DNA of 64,000 bases from Cyanobacteriota bacterium (GTDB lineage Bacteria; Cyanobacteriota; Cyanobacteriia; Thermostichales; Thermostichaceae). The position numbers and the translations under genes were made by a program. Within the stretch, counting starts at the first letter, position 1. Each line of letters begins with the position of its first letter. The notes under the pieces are model-generated. The model was not told the origin of the DNA. It made no database searches and saw only the letters and a list, made by a program, of their open reading frames with translations. The DNA is taken from NCBI GenBank assembly GCA_033764955.1, contig JANRIL010000022.1, positions 8,986 to 72,985 on the forward strand, in the 5' to 3' direction. Shown here piece by piece: positions 41,106-51,109 of this stretch.

Positions 41106-42233
41106 ATGATTCCCTGCCAAAAAGCCTTGTTTGAGATCCCCCCCGATGTGACCTATCTCAACTGTGCCTATATGTCTCCCCTGCTGACGGCGGTTCGGGA
41201 GGCAGGGCAGCAGGCTGTCGCCCGTAAATCCTCCCCTTGGCAGATCCGTCCCCATGATTTTTTTGAAGAGGCGGAACAGGCTCGTGGGTTGTTTGCTCAA
41301 CTGATCGGCGCTACCCCTGACGATATTGCCCTAATTCCTGCTGTGAGCTACGGGTTAGCCGTGGCGGCTCAAAACCTCAAGCTCAAACCGCAGGGATCCA
41401 TGCTGGTGCTGGCTGAACAATTTCCCTCCCATGTCTATCCCTGGCGGCGCTTGGCTGAAAGACAACAGGCCAAGCTTTTCACTATCCCTCGCCCTCCTGA
41501 TCAGGATTGGACAGCCGCCCTCTGGGAACGGATTGGGGATAGCACGACTGTAGTCGCCATTCCCCATTGCCACTGGACGGATGGGGGCTGGATTGATCTG
41601 GTGGCCATTGGGGAGCGCTGTCGTCAGGTAGGGGCGGCTTTGGTGTTGGATGTCACCCAATCCCTAGGGGCGCTACCGCTGGATGTCGCCGCCATTCAGC
41701 CGGATTTTCTGGTTTGCGCCACTTACAAGTGGCTGCTTGGCCCCTACAGCATGGGGTTTCTCTATGTGGCTCCGCCCCATCAGCAGGGACAGCCCCTAGA
41801 GGAGGGCTGGATCGCTCGTCAGGGCAGCGAAAACTTTGCTTGCTTGGTGGATTATCAAGACGCTTATCAGCCGGGATCCCGCCGCTTTGATGTGGGGGAA
41901 CGCAGTAACTTTGCCCTTTTGCCGATGGTGATCACGGCTCTCCGGCAGATTTTGACCTGGCAGGTGAGTGAGATTGCCACCACCCTGGGATCCCTCACCC
42001 ACAAGCTGGCAATGGGAGTTGCTGAGAGGGGATTGATCACGGCTCCCGCCCATCAACGAGCCAACCACATGCTAGGGATCCGCTTTCCCGATGGCCTGCC
42101 TGCTGACCTAATGGAGCGCCTTGCCCAGGAGCGGGTTTATGTCAGCCAACGGGGATCCTCGATACGGGTCTCTCCCCATCTCTACAACGACCTCACCGAT
42201 ATTGAGCGATTGTTGCATCTGATTTTGCCGTAA
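41106..42233 (+). CDS. Class V PLP aminotransferase (cysteine desulfurase/lyase-like)
   Basis: YLNCAYMSP, LDVTQSLG, ATYKWLLGP, IRVSPHLYN; AGGAGG SD. Confidence 0.88.
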   Translation: MIPCQKALFEIPPDVTYLNCAYMSPLLTAVREAGQQAVARKSSPWQIRPHDFFEEAEQARGLFAQLIGATPDDIALIPAVSYGLAVAAQNLKLKPQGSMLVLAEQFPSHVYPWRRLAERQQAKLFTIPRPPDQDWTAALWERIGDSTTVVAIPHCHWTDGGWIDLVAIGERCRQVGAALVLDVTQSLGALPLDVAAIQPDFLVCATYKWLLGPYSMGFLYVAPPHQQGQPLEEGWIARQGSENFACLVDYQDAYQPGSRRFDVGERSNFALLPMVITALRQILTWQVSEIATTLGSLTHKLAMGVAERGLITAPAHQRANHMLGIRFPDGLPADLMERLAQERVYVSQRGSSIRVSPHLYNDLTDIERLLHLILP

Positions 42234-42337
42234 CATTTCAGAAGGTAGCGGAGTAGTTGCCCCCTCAGCCCTCCCTACCCCCTGGCAACAAGAGATAGAC
42301 TCGTGATTTTTTTAGCAACTCCAAATAACTTTGCCCT

Positions 42338-42547
42338 ATGGCTATGACTACTTTGATCAAACCTGGAGACAAAGTCCGCATTCGTACTGTGCGGGATCGT
42401 GGTCAAGAAGCGATCAAGCCCCGCTTGGGCACAGAAGCCGTGGTCTTGACCCGCCGTGTAGTGGATGGCAGCGGTGTAGGCTATAACGTGCAATTTGCCG
42501 ATCAGTCTACTCAGTGGTTTTTTGACCAAGAAATCGAAGGTGTCTAG
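42338..42547 (+). CDS. petP: Cytochrome b6f subunit PetP
   Basis: GDKVRIRTVRDR...VDGSGVG..VQFAD....WFF..EI. Confidence 0.88.
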   Translation: MAMTTLIKPGDKVRIRTVRDRGQEAIKPRLGTEAVVLTRRVVDGSGVGYNVQFADQSTQWFFDQEIEGV

Positions 42548-42557
42548 GGATCCGGCC

Positions 42558-42866
42558 ATGCCCCTGCATCTGAATCGGCATAGTCTTGCCCGACATCTGG
42601 CAGAACAGGTGGATGGCCTGACTATTCCGCTCGCCTCAGCCACCATTGAGGTGATGCTGGAGGCCATTGCCAGCACCGTAGCGGCGGGGGGAACCGTCCG
42701 TTTAGCGGGCTTTGGCACATTTTCGCTACGCTATCGGCAGGCTCGCCAAACCCGTCACCCCCGCAGCCAAGTTTGGGTCACTATCCCGGCGGTCTACCGT
42801 CCTCACTTCACCCCTGCCCCCAACTGGCAAGCCCAGGTACCGCCCCCATCACCACCCGCCCTCTAA
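42558..42866 (+). CDS. Divergent HU/IHF-family DNA-binding protein
   Basis: VRLAGFGTF, RQARQTRHPRS..V.IPA...P.F.P pattern of the HU arm. Confidence 0.82.
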   Translation: MPLHLNRHSLARHLAEQVDGLTIPLASATIEVMLEAIASTVAAGGTVRLAGFGTFSLRYRQARQTRHPRSQVWVTIPAVYRPHFTPAPNWQAQVPPPSPPAL

Positions 42867-42881
42867 CTAGGCTGTTGTCGG

Positions 42882-44387
42882 ATGTCTTCTTTTGCTGACC
42901 CGCCCCCCCTCGCTGCCAAGGGTTCAGGGGTTTTGGTTTGGTTTCGCTGCGATCTACGGATGCAAGATCACGAACCTCTCTGGCTGGCTGCTCAGTCCGG
43001 TCAAGCTGTAGTGCCTGTCTATTGTTTCGATCCCCGTCACTGGGGAACCACCCCCTTTGGTTTTGCCAAAACCGCCGCCTTCCGCAGCCAGTTTTTGCTG
43101 GAGAGTGTGGCGGATTTGCGAGCCTCCCTGCAAAAATCAGGTAGCAATCTGCTACTGCGGCGAGGGGATCCCGAACAGGTGTTGCCCAGCTTGGTGCGGC
43201 AACTGGGTTTATCGGCGGTTTATGCCCATGCCCTAGTGGGTACCGAAGAAGCATCGGTAGAAGCCAACCTCCGCCTGGCACTAGCTAGTCAAGGGATCCC
43301 TCTGCATCTCTGCTGGGGACATACCCTTTACCACCCCGCCGATCTACCTTTTTCCCTGGAGCGGCTGCCAGAAGTGTTTACCACCTTTCGCAAACAAGTG
43401 GAAGGAACCACCGCCCCCCGCCCCCCCCGCCCCGCCCCGCCCCGCCTGCCCCCATTGCCCCCTGACCTAGAGATGGGATCCCTGCCCCGCCTAGCTGACT
43501 GGGGATTAGCGGATCCCGTGGCGGATGAGCGGGCGATGTTTCGGTGGCAAGGGGGAGAAACCGCCGGACTGGCTCGCCTCCACCACTACTTTTGGGATCA
43601 GGATCGCCTACGGGTTTACAAAGAGACACGCAACGGACTGTTAGCCGCCGATGACAGCTCCAAATTTTCCGCCTGGTTAGCCCTAGGCTGCCTGTCCGCC
43701 CGTAGTATCCATGAGCAGGTGCAAGCCTACGAAGCCAGATGCATCCGCAATAACTCCACCTATTGGCTAGTTTTTGAACTCCTCTGGCGGGACTACTTTC
43801 ATTGGATCGCCCTCAAGCACGGCAACCGCCTGTTTCGTCCCTCCGGCTTGCAAGGGTTGCCCATCCCCTGGTCGATTGACTGGCCCCGTTTTGAGCGGTG
43901 GCAAGCCGGAACCACCGGATATCCCCTTGTGGATGCCTGTATGCAGGAGCTAGCCGCCACCGGATTTATCTCCAATCGCGGACGACAAAACGTAGCCAGC
44001 TTCCTCACCAAAAACCTAGGGATCCACTGGCAGATGGGAGCCGAATGGTTTGAATCCCTTTTGATTGACTACGATGTCGCCAGCAATTGGGGCAACTGGA
44101 ACTACACGGCAGGCATTGGCAATGATGCCCGCGGCTTTCGCTACTTTCATATCCCCAAACAATCCCGTGAGTATGATCCCCAAGGGGATTATCTCAAACA
44201 CTGGTTGCCCGCCCTGCAAGGGATCCCTAGCGCTTACGTCCACGAACCCTATCGCCTCACCGCCAGCCAACAACAGCAATACGGAGTGCGTCTAGGGGTG
44301 AGCTATCCCCGCCCCGTTGTCGATCTGGAAAAATCCCTGCGTGCCCAAGAACGAATTTATCAAACAGCCCTCAGCCAAACCCGATGA
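42882..44387 (+). CDS. Cryptochrome DASH (photolyase family)
   Basis: WFRCDLRMQD, GGETAGL, YKETRNGL, SSKFSAWLALG, ELLWRDYF, SNRGRQNVASFL, DYDVASNWGNW. Confidence 0.95.
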   Translation: MSSFADPPPLAAKGSGVLVWFRCDLRMQDHEPLWLAAQSGQAVVPVYCFDPRHWGTTPFGFAKTAAFRSQFLLESVADLRASLQKSGSNLLLRRGDPEQVLPSLVRQLGLSAVYAHALVGTEEASVEANLRLALASQGIPLHLCWGHTLYHPADLPFSLERLPEVFTTFRKQVEGTTAPRPPRPAPPRLPPLPPDLEMGSLPRLADWGLADPVADERAMFRWQGGETAGLARLHHYFWDQDRLRVYKETRNGLLAADDSSKFSAWLALGCLSARSIHEQVQAYEARCIRNNSTYWLVFELLWRDYFHWIALKHGNRLFRPSGLQGLPIPWSIDWPRFERWQAGTTGYPLVDACMQELAATGFISNRGRQNVASFLTKNLGIHWQMGAEWFESLLIDYDVASNWGNWNYTAGIGNDARGFRYFHIPKQSREYDPQGDYLKHWLPALQGIPSAYVHEPYRLTASQQQQYGVRLGVSYPRPVVDLEKSLRAQERIYQTALSQTR

Positions 44388-44517
44388 CCATAGGGATCCA
44401 GGGGATCCCCATATCTGCAATAACTGAGGAGCTGTACATCTTGAGTTAAGAGACAATTATTTGAGGTGACTGGCGAAAAGCTATGGCAACCAAATCAGAA
44501 ACCTGTCACTAGCATGT

Positions 44518-44611
44518 TATAGTCATTCCAAATAAGAATGCGATCACCTAAATCTTGATATCCAAGCTTTGAGAGATTCTGGGTTTCTCAAACTAAATTG
44601 GAATGACTATA
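44518..44611. mobile_element. 94-bp MITE-like element with TA ends
   Basis: Perfect 14-bp terminal inverted repeats TATAGTCATTCCAA (44518-44531) and TTGGAATGACTATA (44598-44611), 17/19 on extension; no ORF inside. Confidence 0.75.
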
Positions 44612-44664
44612 TATACGTTATATACGTTTCATCGATCAGTGAGAATTGGTATAGTTAAATCTGA

Positions 44665-44886
44665 ATGTTCATGACATTTATGAAAATGATTACCCTAGGT
44701 GAAATTGAACAGGCTGTCAGACAACTATCATCTGAAGATCTTTCTGCTTTCCGCACTTGGTTTGCAGAGTTTGATGCGGAGTTATGGGATCGACAATTTG
44801 AGGCAAATGTAGGCGATGGTCGGCTTGATGCACTTGCTGAAAAAGCCCTGCAACATCTACGGGAAGGACGCTGTACTGATCTGTGA
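44665..44886 (+). CDS. Putative type II antitoxin
   Basis: EIEQAVRQLS...WDRQFE....GRLDALAEKAL; acidic; stop overlaps toxin start (GTGA); true start may be 44680 or 44686. Confidence 0.72.
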   Translation: MFMTFMKMITLGEIEQAVRQLSSEDLSAFRTWFAEFDAELWDRQFEANVGDGRLDALAEKALQHLREGRCTDL

Positions 44887-45137
44887 AACACCGAGCAACT
44901 CCCGATTTTTGCTATCACTATCGACAGTTTCCACAGAATATTCAAGACCTTGCTGATCAGTGTTACGATTTGCTAAAACAAAACCCCCGGTATCCGTCTC
45001 TCCACTTCAAGAAAGTAGGGCGATTTTGGTCTGTGCGAGTAGGGCGACATTATCGAACCATTGCTGTAGAGGGAGATAATGAAATGGCTTGGTTCTGGAT
45101 TGGTTCCCATGCAGAGTATGACAAACTTTTGGGGTAG
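44883..45137 (+). CDS. Putative RelE/ParE-superfamily toxin
   Basis: LLKQNPRYPSLHFKKV...WSVRVG.HYR...WFWIGSHAEYDKL; basic, 84 aa. Confidence 0.82.
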   Translation: MKHRATPDFCYHYRQFPQNIQDLADQCYDLLKQNPRYPSLHFKKVGRFWSVRVGRHYRTIAVEGDNEMAWFWIGSHAEYDKLLG

Positions 45138-45230
45138 TGGTGCGGCCTAATCAAATTAGGCCAGGTTTGTAGCTTGGAGCACCTATGATAGCCTGTGAGA
45201 ATTTCATCCTGCTTGAGATATTGCTGCCCT

Positions 45231-46499
45231 ATGGCTACTGAAGAATCGTTGCCACCATCAGAAACTCCTCAATCTCCACCAGTAACCCCACCTGAGACTT
45301 TGGGAGTGCGTCTTTGGCAATTAGCTCAGGTATTTCTCAAATTGGGCGTCATTGGATTTGGCGGTCCACAAGCCCACATGGCGATGCAAAATGATGAGGC
45401 TGTTGGGCGACGACAATGGTTAACTCAGGAACAATTTACGGAGGCCATTGCTGTATGCGAAATGTTGCCAGGGCCTGCTTCCACCCAACTGGGTATTTAT
45501 ATTGGCTATAGTCGAGCTGGACATTGGGGAGCCGTGATCGCAGGTTTGTGTTTTATTGCTCCTGCTTATCTCATTGTTTTGTTATTGTCCTGGATCTATT
45601 TTCGCTTTCAAAGTTTGCCACAGTTGGAATCGGTTTTGCTGGGAGTTTCCCCCATTGTTATGGCGATTATTTTGGGTTTTTGTTGGCATCTTGGCAAAAA
45701 AACTCTCAAAGAATGGACGCGCATTGCCATAGCAATAGCTGTATTTTTAGCGGCTTGGCTGGGAAAAGTGAATGTGGCGATTCTCTTTATGGCTGCCGCC
45801 CTTTTGGGATCCCTTTTGTATGGACCCCGTGGACCACTGCCGGGAGGAAAGCCTGCCCAAACTCTGGGGATATGGATGCTCGCCTCTGTGACAGGGATTT
45901 CGGCGGAAACCCTTGCCCTCTCTGGCTTTTGGGGGGTAGAACGACTGGCGGACTATGGCTGGGCACTGGCCTGGTTTTTTCTGAAGGTGGGCAGCCTGAT
46001 CTATGGGGGAGGATTGGTGATCATTCCCTTCCTTGCCGGAGAAGTGGTGGATCAACTGGCTTGGCTCACCCCCAAGGAGTTTTTGGATGGGGTGGCCATT
46101 GGACAACTTAGTCCTGGGCCGGTGGTCTTGACGGCAGCCTTTGTTGGCTATAAGGTGGCGGGGGTTTGGGGATCCCTGATTGCAACAGTGGCGATTTTTC
46201 TCCCTTCATTTGTGTTTATCATGGCGGCGGCTCCCATTCTGTTGCGAATCCGCCACAATCCCTGGATCAAAGGAGCCTTGACGGGTGTGACTCCGGCGGC
46301 GTTGGGCGCGATTGCCGCGGCGGCCATTCCGTTGGCTGAGGGGAGTTTGCTGTTACCAACCTTGACTCAAACGATTGTGGCCTGTGTCTTGATGGTGCTG
46401 GGATTAGTGGGGCTGCTCCGGTTTAAGGTGCCAACATGGCAACTCATTCCGGCAGGAGCCTTATTGGGCTTGTTGGTTGGTTTCTTACCTCTAAATTAA
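45231..46499 (+). CDS. chrA: Chromate ion transporter (long-chain CHR)
   Basis: FLKLGVIGFGGP, LPGPASTQ, second repeat YGGG, SPGPV. Confidence 0.93.
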   Translation: MATEESLPPSETPQSPPVTPPETLGVRLWQLAQVFLKLGVIGFGGPQAHMAMQNDEAVGRRQWLTQEQFTEAIAVCEMLPGPASTQLGIYIGYSRAGHWGAVIAGLCFIAPAYLIVLLLSWIYFRFQSLPQLESVLLGVSPIVMAIILGFCWHLGKKTLKEWTRIAIAIAVFLAAWLGKVNVAILFMAAALLGSLLYGPRGPLPGGKPAQTLGIWMLASVTGISAETLALSGFWGVERLADYGWALAWFFLKVGSLIYGGGLVIIPFLAGEVVDQLAWLTPKEFLDGVAIGQLSPGPVVLTAAFVGYKVAGVWGSLIATVAIFLPSFVFIMAAAPILLRIRHNPWIKGALTGVTPAALGAIAAAAIPLAEGSLLLPTLTQTIVACVLMVLGLVGLLRFKVPTWQLIPAGALLGLLVGFLPLN

Positions 46500-46591
46500 C
46501 TTGAGCCTTCTTATTAGCTACGCCTTGATAAGACTGTCCTTGTGCAGTTAGCCTATCCTTATCTGTCGTTAACCTGCGGCTATGGAGCCAA

Positions 46592-47554
46592 GTGAGTGGC
46601 GGCGTCACCTTGCCTAGGAGAGAACAAGCCGTGATTCAGGAGACTAAAACTGTTACCGGAGCAGCCATACCGCTCCCTCCTCAGCCTGAGGGGGAAGTGC
46701 TCTTACTCAACCCATCTATCCCCAACGCAGAGGATCCCGCGATCTTCTCTCCCGAATTTTGGCAAGAAACCCTGGCATTGACCCGTCGTTGGTTTATTCA
46801 ATTGCAGCGCCGCCCGACTACTTTGTTGGTCGGAATTATTCAACCCTTGCTCTGGCTGATTTTGTTTGGAGCTTTATTTCAGAAGGCTCCGGAGGGCATT
46901 TTTGGGGTAGGGCGCAGCTACACGCAGTTTTTGGGGGCGGGGGTCATCGTGTTTACGGCTTTTGGCGGCGCACTGAATGCTGGGGTTCCCGTGATTTTTG
47001 ATCGGGAATTTGGCTTTCTCAACCGGTTGTTGGTTGCCCCGCTCACCTCCCGTTTTTCGATTGTCTTGGCCTCCACCATTTTTATTGCCAGCATGGCCTT
47101 AGTACAAACGGTTGTGATTGTGCTGGCTGACTATGGATTGGGAGCCGGCATCCCTAATTTAGCGGGGTTGGGGATTGTTTTGTTGATCGTTAGCCTGTTG
47201 GTTTTGGGCTTTACTGCGCTTAGCTTGGGCTTAGCCTTTGCGATGCCGGGACATCAGCAATTGTTGGCGTTGATCTTTTTGGTCAACCTGCCCCTGATCT
47301 TTTCCAGCACAGCCCTTGCTCCCCTTTCGTTTATGCCCACTTGGTTGCAATGGGTGGCTAGCCTAAATCCCCTCACCCATGCGATCGAGCCAATTCGCTA
47401 CGTCTATGGACATGCCGATTGGAGCCTAGCTGCCATTGTCCTAGAAGCTCCCTGGGGATCCCTTTCTTTGGGCTGGTCGTTGGCGGCACTGGCTGGATTT
47501 GTCGCTATTTCCGTTGGGCTGGTGCAAGGGGTTTTGCGGAAGGTTTTGGCCTAG
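46592..47554 (+). CDS. ABC-2 type transporter permease (Ycf38-like)
   Basis: RWFIQLQRRP, QPLLWLILFG, FDREFGFLNRLLVAP, NPLTHAIE. Confidence 0.9.
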   Translation: MSGGVTLPRREQAVIQETKTVTGAAIPLPPQPEGEVLLLNPSIPNAEDPAIFSPEFWQETLALTRRWFIQLQRRPTTLLVGIIQPLLWLILFGALFQKAPEGIFGVGRSYTQFLGAGVIVFTAFGGALNAGVPVIFDREFGFLNRLLVAPLTSRFSIVLASTIFIASMALVQTVVIVLADYGLGAGIPNLAGLGIVLLIVSLLVLGFTALSLGLAFAMPGHQQLLALIFLVNLPLIFSSTALAPLSFMPTWLQWVASLNPLTHAIEPIRYVYGHADWSLAAIVLEAPWGSLSLGWSLAALAGFVAISVGLVQGVLRKVLA

Positions 47555-47574
47555 GGGATGGGATAAGTTAAAGA

Positions 47575-48441
47575 TCAGCTAATACCCAGATCCGGTAGAT
47601 TCAGCCGTTCTAGGGCAGGAGCGGTGCGTTTCACCAACCCAGTAAGAACCGATTTGGGACCGATCTCCCACACCCCTGTCACCCCATCAGCGGCCATCTG
47701 CAAGACCGTTTCTCGCCATCGAACAGGGGAGGTCATTTGCTGCACCAGTAAGTCCTTCAGGTGGTGGGCATCTTGACTGGCACTGGCACTGACATTGCTA
47801 TAGACAGGCACCCGCGGAGTGGCGAAGGGGATCCCTTGCAAAACACTAGCAAACTCAGCCGCCGCCGGAGCCATTAACACCGAATGAAAGGCTCCACTGA
47901 CGGGCAAAGGCACGAAGCGCTTCGGACGTAGCTGCTCGGTGACGGTTTGCACGGCTGCTTGGGTGCCAGCCACCACCACTTGATCAGGGCTATTGTCATT
48001 GGCAATCACCACCCCTTCGACCGTGCTGCACAGATGTTCCAGTTTGGCGCGGTCAAACCCTATCACCGCCGCCATCATCCCCGTGGTAGCTTGATCCATG
48101 AGCATAGCCCGCTGCTTGACCAACTGAAGACCCGTTTCCAGATCAAACACCCCGGCACTGTAGAGGGCACTATACTCCCCTAAACTATGGCCAGCCACAC
48201 AAGCGGGTTGATGCGCCTGTTGATGGAGGTGATCACTGAGGAGGGCGCAGACCAAAAAAAGAGCAGGCTGAGTATAGAGAGTGCGATTTAGCTGGGCTTC
48301 GTTCAACTCTAGCCACGACCACCCCAGCAGTTTCTCCGCCAGTGCCAGCTTTGGCTTAACCCCGGGTAAGTTGACAATCTCCTGTCCCATCCCCACCGCT
48401 TGGGATCCCTGTCCAGGAAAAATCCAGGCAATCATCGTCAT
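47575..48441 (-). CDS. fabD: Malonyl-CoA:ACP transacylase
   Basis: FPGQGSQ, TQPAL, GHSLGEY, SGAFHS, PVRW; start overlaps fabH stop (ATGA). Confidence 0.97.
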   Translation of the reverse strand: MTMIAWIFPGQGSQAVGMGQEIVNLPGVKPKLALAEKLLGWSWLELNEAQLNRTLYTQPALFLVCALLSDHLHQQAHQPACVAGHSLGEYSALYSAGVFDLETGLQLVKQRAMLMDQATTGMMAAVIGFDRAKLEHLCSTVEGVVIANDNSPDQVVVAGTQAAVQTVTEQLRPKRFVPLPVSGAFHSVLMAPAAAEFASVLQGIPFATPRVPVYSNVSASASQDAHHLKDLLVQQMTSPVRWRETVLQMAADGVTGVWEIGPKSVLTGLVKRTAPALERLNLPDLGIS

Positions 48442-49466
48442 GGTGTATGTCGTCCCCAGCGAAAGACTATAGCGCCCCAACTCAACCCCGCTCCAAACCC
48501 GGCCATTACTCCCAGATGCCCAGGGGCAAAGGATCCCGCCGCCAGCGCATCCGCCAGGGCAATCGGCACCGAAGCCCCCGATGTATTGCCGTAGTGTTGC
48601 AACACCGAAATCACCCGCTCCGGATCCACCTCTAACCGTTTGACAATGGCATCCAAAATGCGCTGATTGGCCTGATGAATAAAAAAGCCCTGGATCTCCT
48701 GCGCCGATAAGCCTGTGCGAAACAGCACCTTTTCGATCACCTCAGGGACGGCGGTCACCGCAAATTTATACACCTCCCGCCCGTTCATCCCAATCGGCAA
48801 ACACTCATATTCCCCCACCTGCAGATCTCCCACCAGTGGGCGAGGTTGAGTGGCTAGAGGCAGGGTGAGCAGTTCGGTTCCGCTGCCATCGGTTCGCAGT
48901 TCTAATCCCAGCAAGCCGGATACATCAGCAGTTTCTAGGATCATCGCCCCAGCTCCATCCCCAAACAAGATACAGGTGGTGCGATCTTGCCAATCAACGG
49001 TGCGCGAAAGCACGTCCGCCGCCACCACCAAAGCCCGTCGATATAACCCCGTCTGAAGGAACTGGGCGGCAGTGGCTAGGGCAAAAACAAATCCCGTACA
49101 AGCGGCTGAGAGATCAAAAGCAATAGCTCGACTGGCTCCTAGCAAGGCTTGCAGTTGGGGAGCCGAGCCAAAACGGTCTGGGCTAGTGGAGGTAGCAAGA
49201 ATGATCAAATCGATATCGAGTGGAACTAATTCTGCCTGATCCAGAGCTTGCTGAGCCGCCCTAGCCGCCAGATCCAACAAGCTTTGTTCAGGGGGCAAAA
49301 TGCGGCGCTGGCGAATGCCGGTGCGCGGCCAGATCCATTCGTCGGAGGTGTCCACCAACTGGCTGAGGTGATCGTTAGTCAACACCGGATCGGGTAAAGC
49401 GGATCCCACCCCCACCACCTGCACGGCCTGTAGGGAAGTAGCCATATCCAACGCAGCACTATTCAT
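48438..49466 (-). CDS. fabH: 3-oxoacyl-ACP synthase III
   Basis: DTSDEWI..RTGI, AACTGF, LFGDGAGA, HQANQRI, GNTSGAS, GFGAGLSWG; start approximate. Confidence 0.97.
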   Translation of the reverse strand: MNSAALDMATSLQAVQVVGVGSALPDPVLTNDHLSQLVDTSDEWIWPRTGIRQRRILPPEQSLLDLAARAAQQALDQAELVPLDIDLIILATSTSPDRFGSAPQLQALLGASRAIAFDLSAACTGFVFALATAAQFLQTGLYRRALVVAADVLSRTVDWQDRTTCILFGDGAGAMILETADVSGLLGLELRTDGSGTELLTLPLATQPRPLVGDLQVGEYECLPIGMNGREVYKFAVTAVPEVIEKVLFRTGLSAQEIQGFFIHQANQRILDAIVKRLEVDPERVISVLQHYGNTSGASVPIALADALAAGSFAPGHLGVMAGFGAGLSWGAIVFRWGRHTP

Positions 49467-49551
49467 GGGATCCAACCGGAGGACAATAAGGACAGTGAAA
49501 ACCGAGGGCAGTAGCCAGCTAGCCAACCCCTCTGACTGGTCTAGGGAGATT

Positions 49552-50601
49552 TTAGGGTAAAACTACTCCATCCAACGGTTTTTTTTCCTGCCCAGAACCG
49601 TTGTTTTCTGAGAGTTCAACCTGGGCTATTTCGGTCTGGATGTGTTGCAGAACGCCTTTTTCCACCGATTCTTTAGCGAGGCGAATGGCATGAAAGACCA
49701 TCGCTTGCTTGGAACTACCGTGGGTAATCACACAAATTCCATCTACCCCCAGCAACAAGGCTCCTCCATACTCCACATAGTCAATCCGCCGCTTCACCTG
49801 CCGCAGATTGGGGCGCAGAATCCAGCAGCCCAATTTTCCCCACCAGCCTTTGGGTAGCTCTTCTAGCATGACTTGGGTGATCGTCTGTCCGGCGCTTTCC
49901 GCAAACTTGAGGAGGATGTTACCCACAAAGCCATCGCAGACCACAACATCAAAATTTCCGGTTAAGACATCCCGCCCTTCGGCGTTGCCGACAAAGTTAA
50001 TATGGGGCTGATGGGCTAGGCGCTGGTGGGTATTGAAGGCCAGATCGTTACCTTTGTTGGCTTCTTCCCCGATGTTGATCAGACCCACCCTGGGATGTTG
50101 CACGTTGAGCACGTATTGACTGTAGAGGGATCCCATCAGGGCAAATTGTTCTAAAAACTTGGGACGACAATCGACATTGGCACCCACATCCAACAGCAGA
50201 ACGGGTTTTGACTTGAGGGTGGGCAGCATCGCCGCGATGGCAGCTCGGTCAATCCCCGGCAACCGTTTTAAGCTCCACATCGCCGCCGTCATAGCCGCCC
50301 CGGTGTTGCCCGCCGCCACGACCGCATCCGCTTGTTGATCCCGTACGAGATCCATCGCCACCCGAATCGAGGCTTTGGGTTTCTTCTTGAGGGCAGTGAC
50401 GGGTTCTTCGTGCATCCCGATATCGTCTTCGGCAGGAACGATTTCAATCCCATCTAGGCTGGTCGGCAAAAAAGGCTGAATGGCTTCTGGGTGACCGACA
50501 AGGGCAATTTTGACTCCCAGTTGCTCCCGCGCCAACAAAGCTCCCTTAACGACCTCGCCAGGGGCGTAATCGCCACCCATCGCATCCACAGCAATCCGCA
50601 C
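49552..50601 (-). CDS. plsX: Phosphate acyltransferase
   Basis: IAVDAMGGD, AGNTGA, LLDVGANVD, DGFVGN, GGALLLG; first gene of plsX-fabH-fabD. Confidence 0.97.
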   Translation of the reverse strand: MRIAVDAMGGDYAPGEVVKGALLAREQLGVKIALVGHPEAIQPFLPTSLDGIEIVPAEDDIGMHEEPVTALKKKPKASIRVAMDLVRDQQADAVVAAGNTGAAMTAAMWSLKRLPGIDRAAIAAMLPTLKSKPVLLLDVGANVDCRPKFLEQFALMGSLYSQYVLNVQHPRVGLINIGEEANKGNDLAFNTHQRLAHQPHINFVGNAEGRDVLTGNFDVVVCDGFVGNILLKFAESAGQTITQVMLEELPKGWWGKLGCWILRPNLRQVKRRIDYVEYGGALLLGVDGICVITHGSSKQAMVFHAIRLAKESVEKGVLQHIQTEIAQVELSENNGSGQEKKPLDGVVLP

Positions 50602-51109
50602 AAACTGACCTCACACGGTAATGGCTTTGTTGTCTTAAGCGCATCCAGATCCTATCAGATTTGCTGATCCATCAGGGATCCCTTGCCATCCTTTGGGTGA
50701 GGTTTTGCCTAGCTAGCCCCGCTGGGATCCTTAGGGAAAAGGAAGAGAGATTCTATCCCTAGCCGTCTTGGGGGGAGGGCTGAAAGCTAGGACTGTATTT
50801 TCAGATGGCTCTTAACGGTTTCCTACACTTGAATGGCTATGGAACCGTTCTTTGAGCATTTTGCTTTCAGAGCATTTTGCAGGATCGCCATCCCCACTCA
50901 ATAATAATGTCCACTATCAATCCAGTCTCTTAGAGGTAAAAAATACCCATTGCGACGACTCACATCTTAGTGAAGGGGCTAGTGTGGATCCCTGCTTTCT
51001 CATTCGGAGCCTTGAAGCTATTAGCTCCTGAGGGGATGAGGTGGTAGGCGGGATCCCCTCCCCATTCAGATAGGGATCCCTAGTTTCTGAAAGTTAAGGT
51101 TGTCATCCG

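Noticed and set aside
45524..46111. 195-aa same-strand alternative-frame ORF inside chrA
   Set aside because: No protein-like motifs; chrA is intact.
50853..50880. Direct repeat GAGCATTTTGC x2 between ho1 and plsX
   Set aside because: Only two copies with no recognisable regulator consensus or associated ORF.
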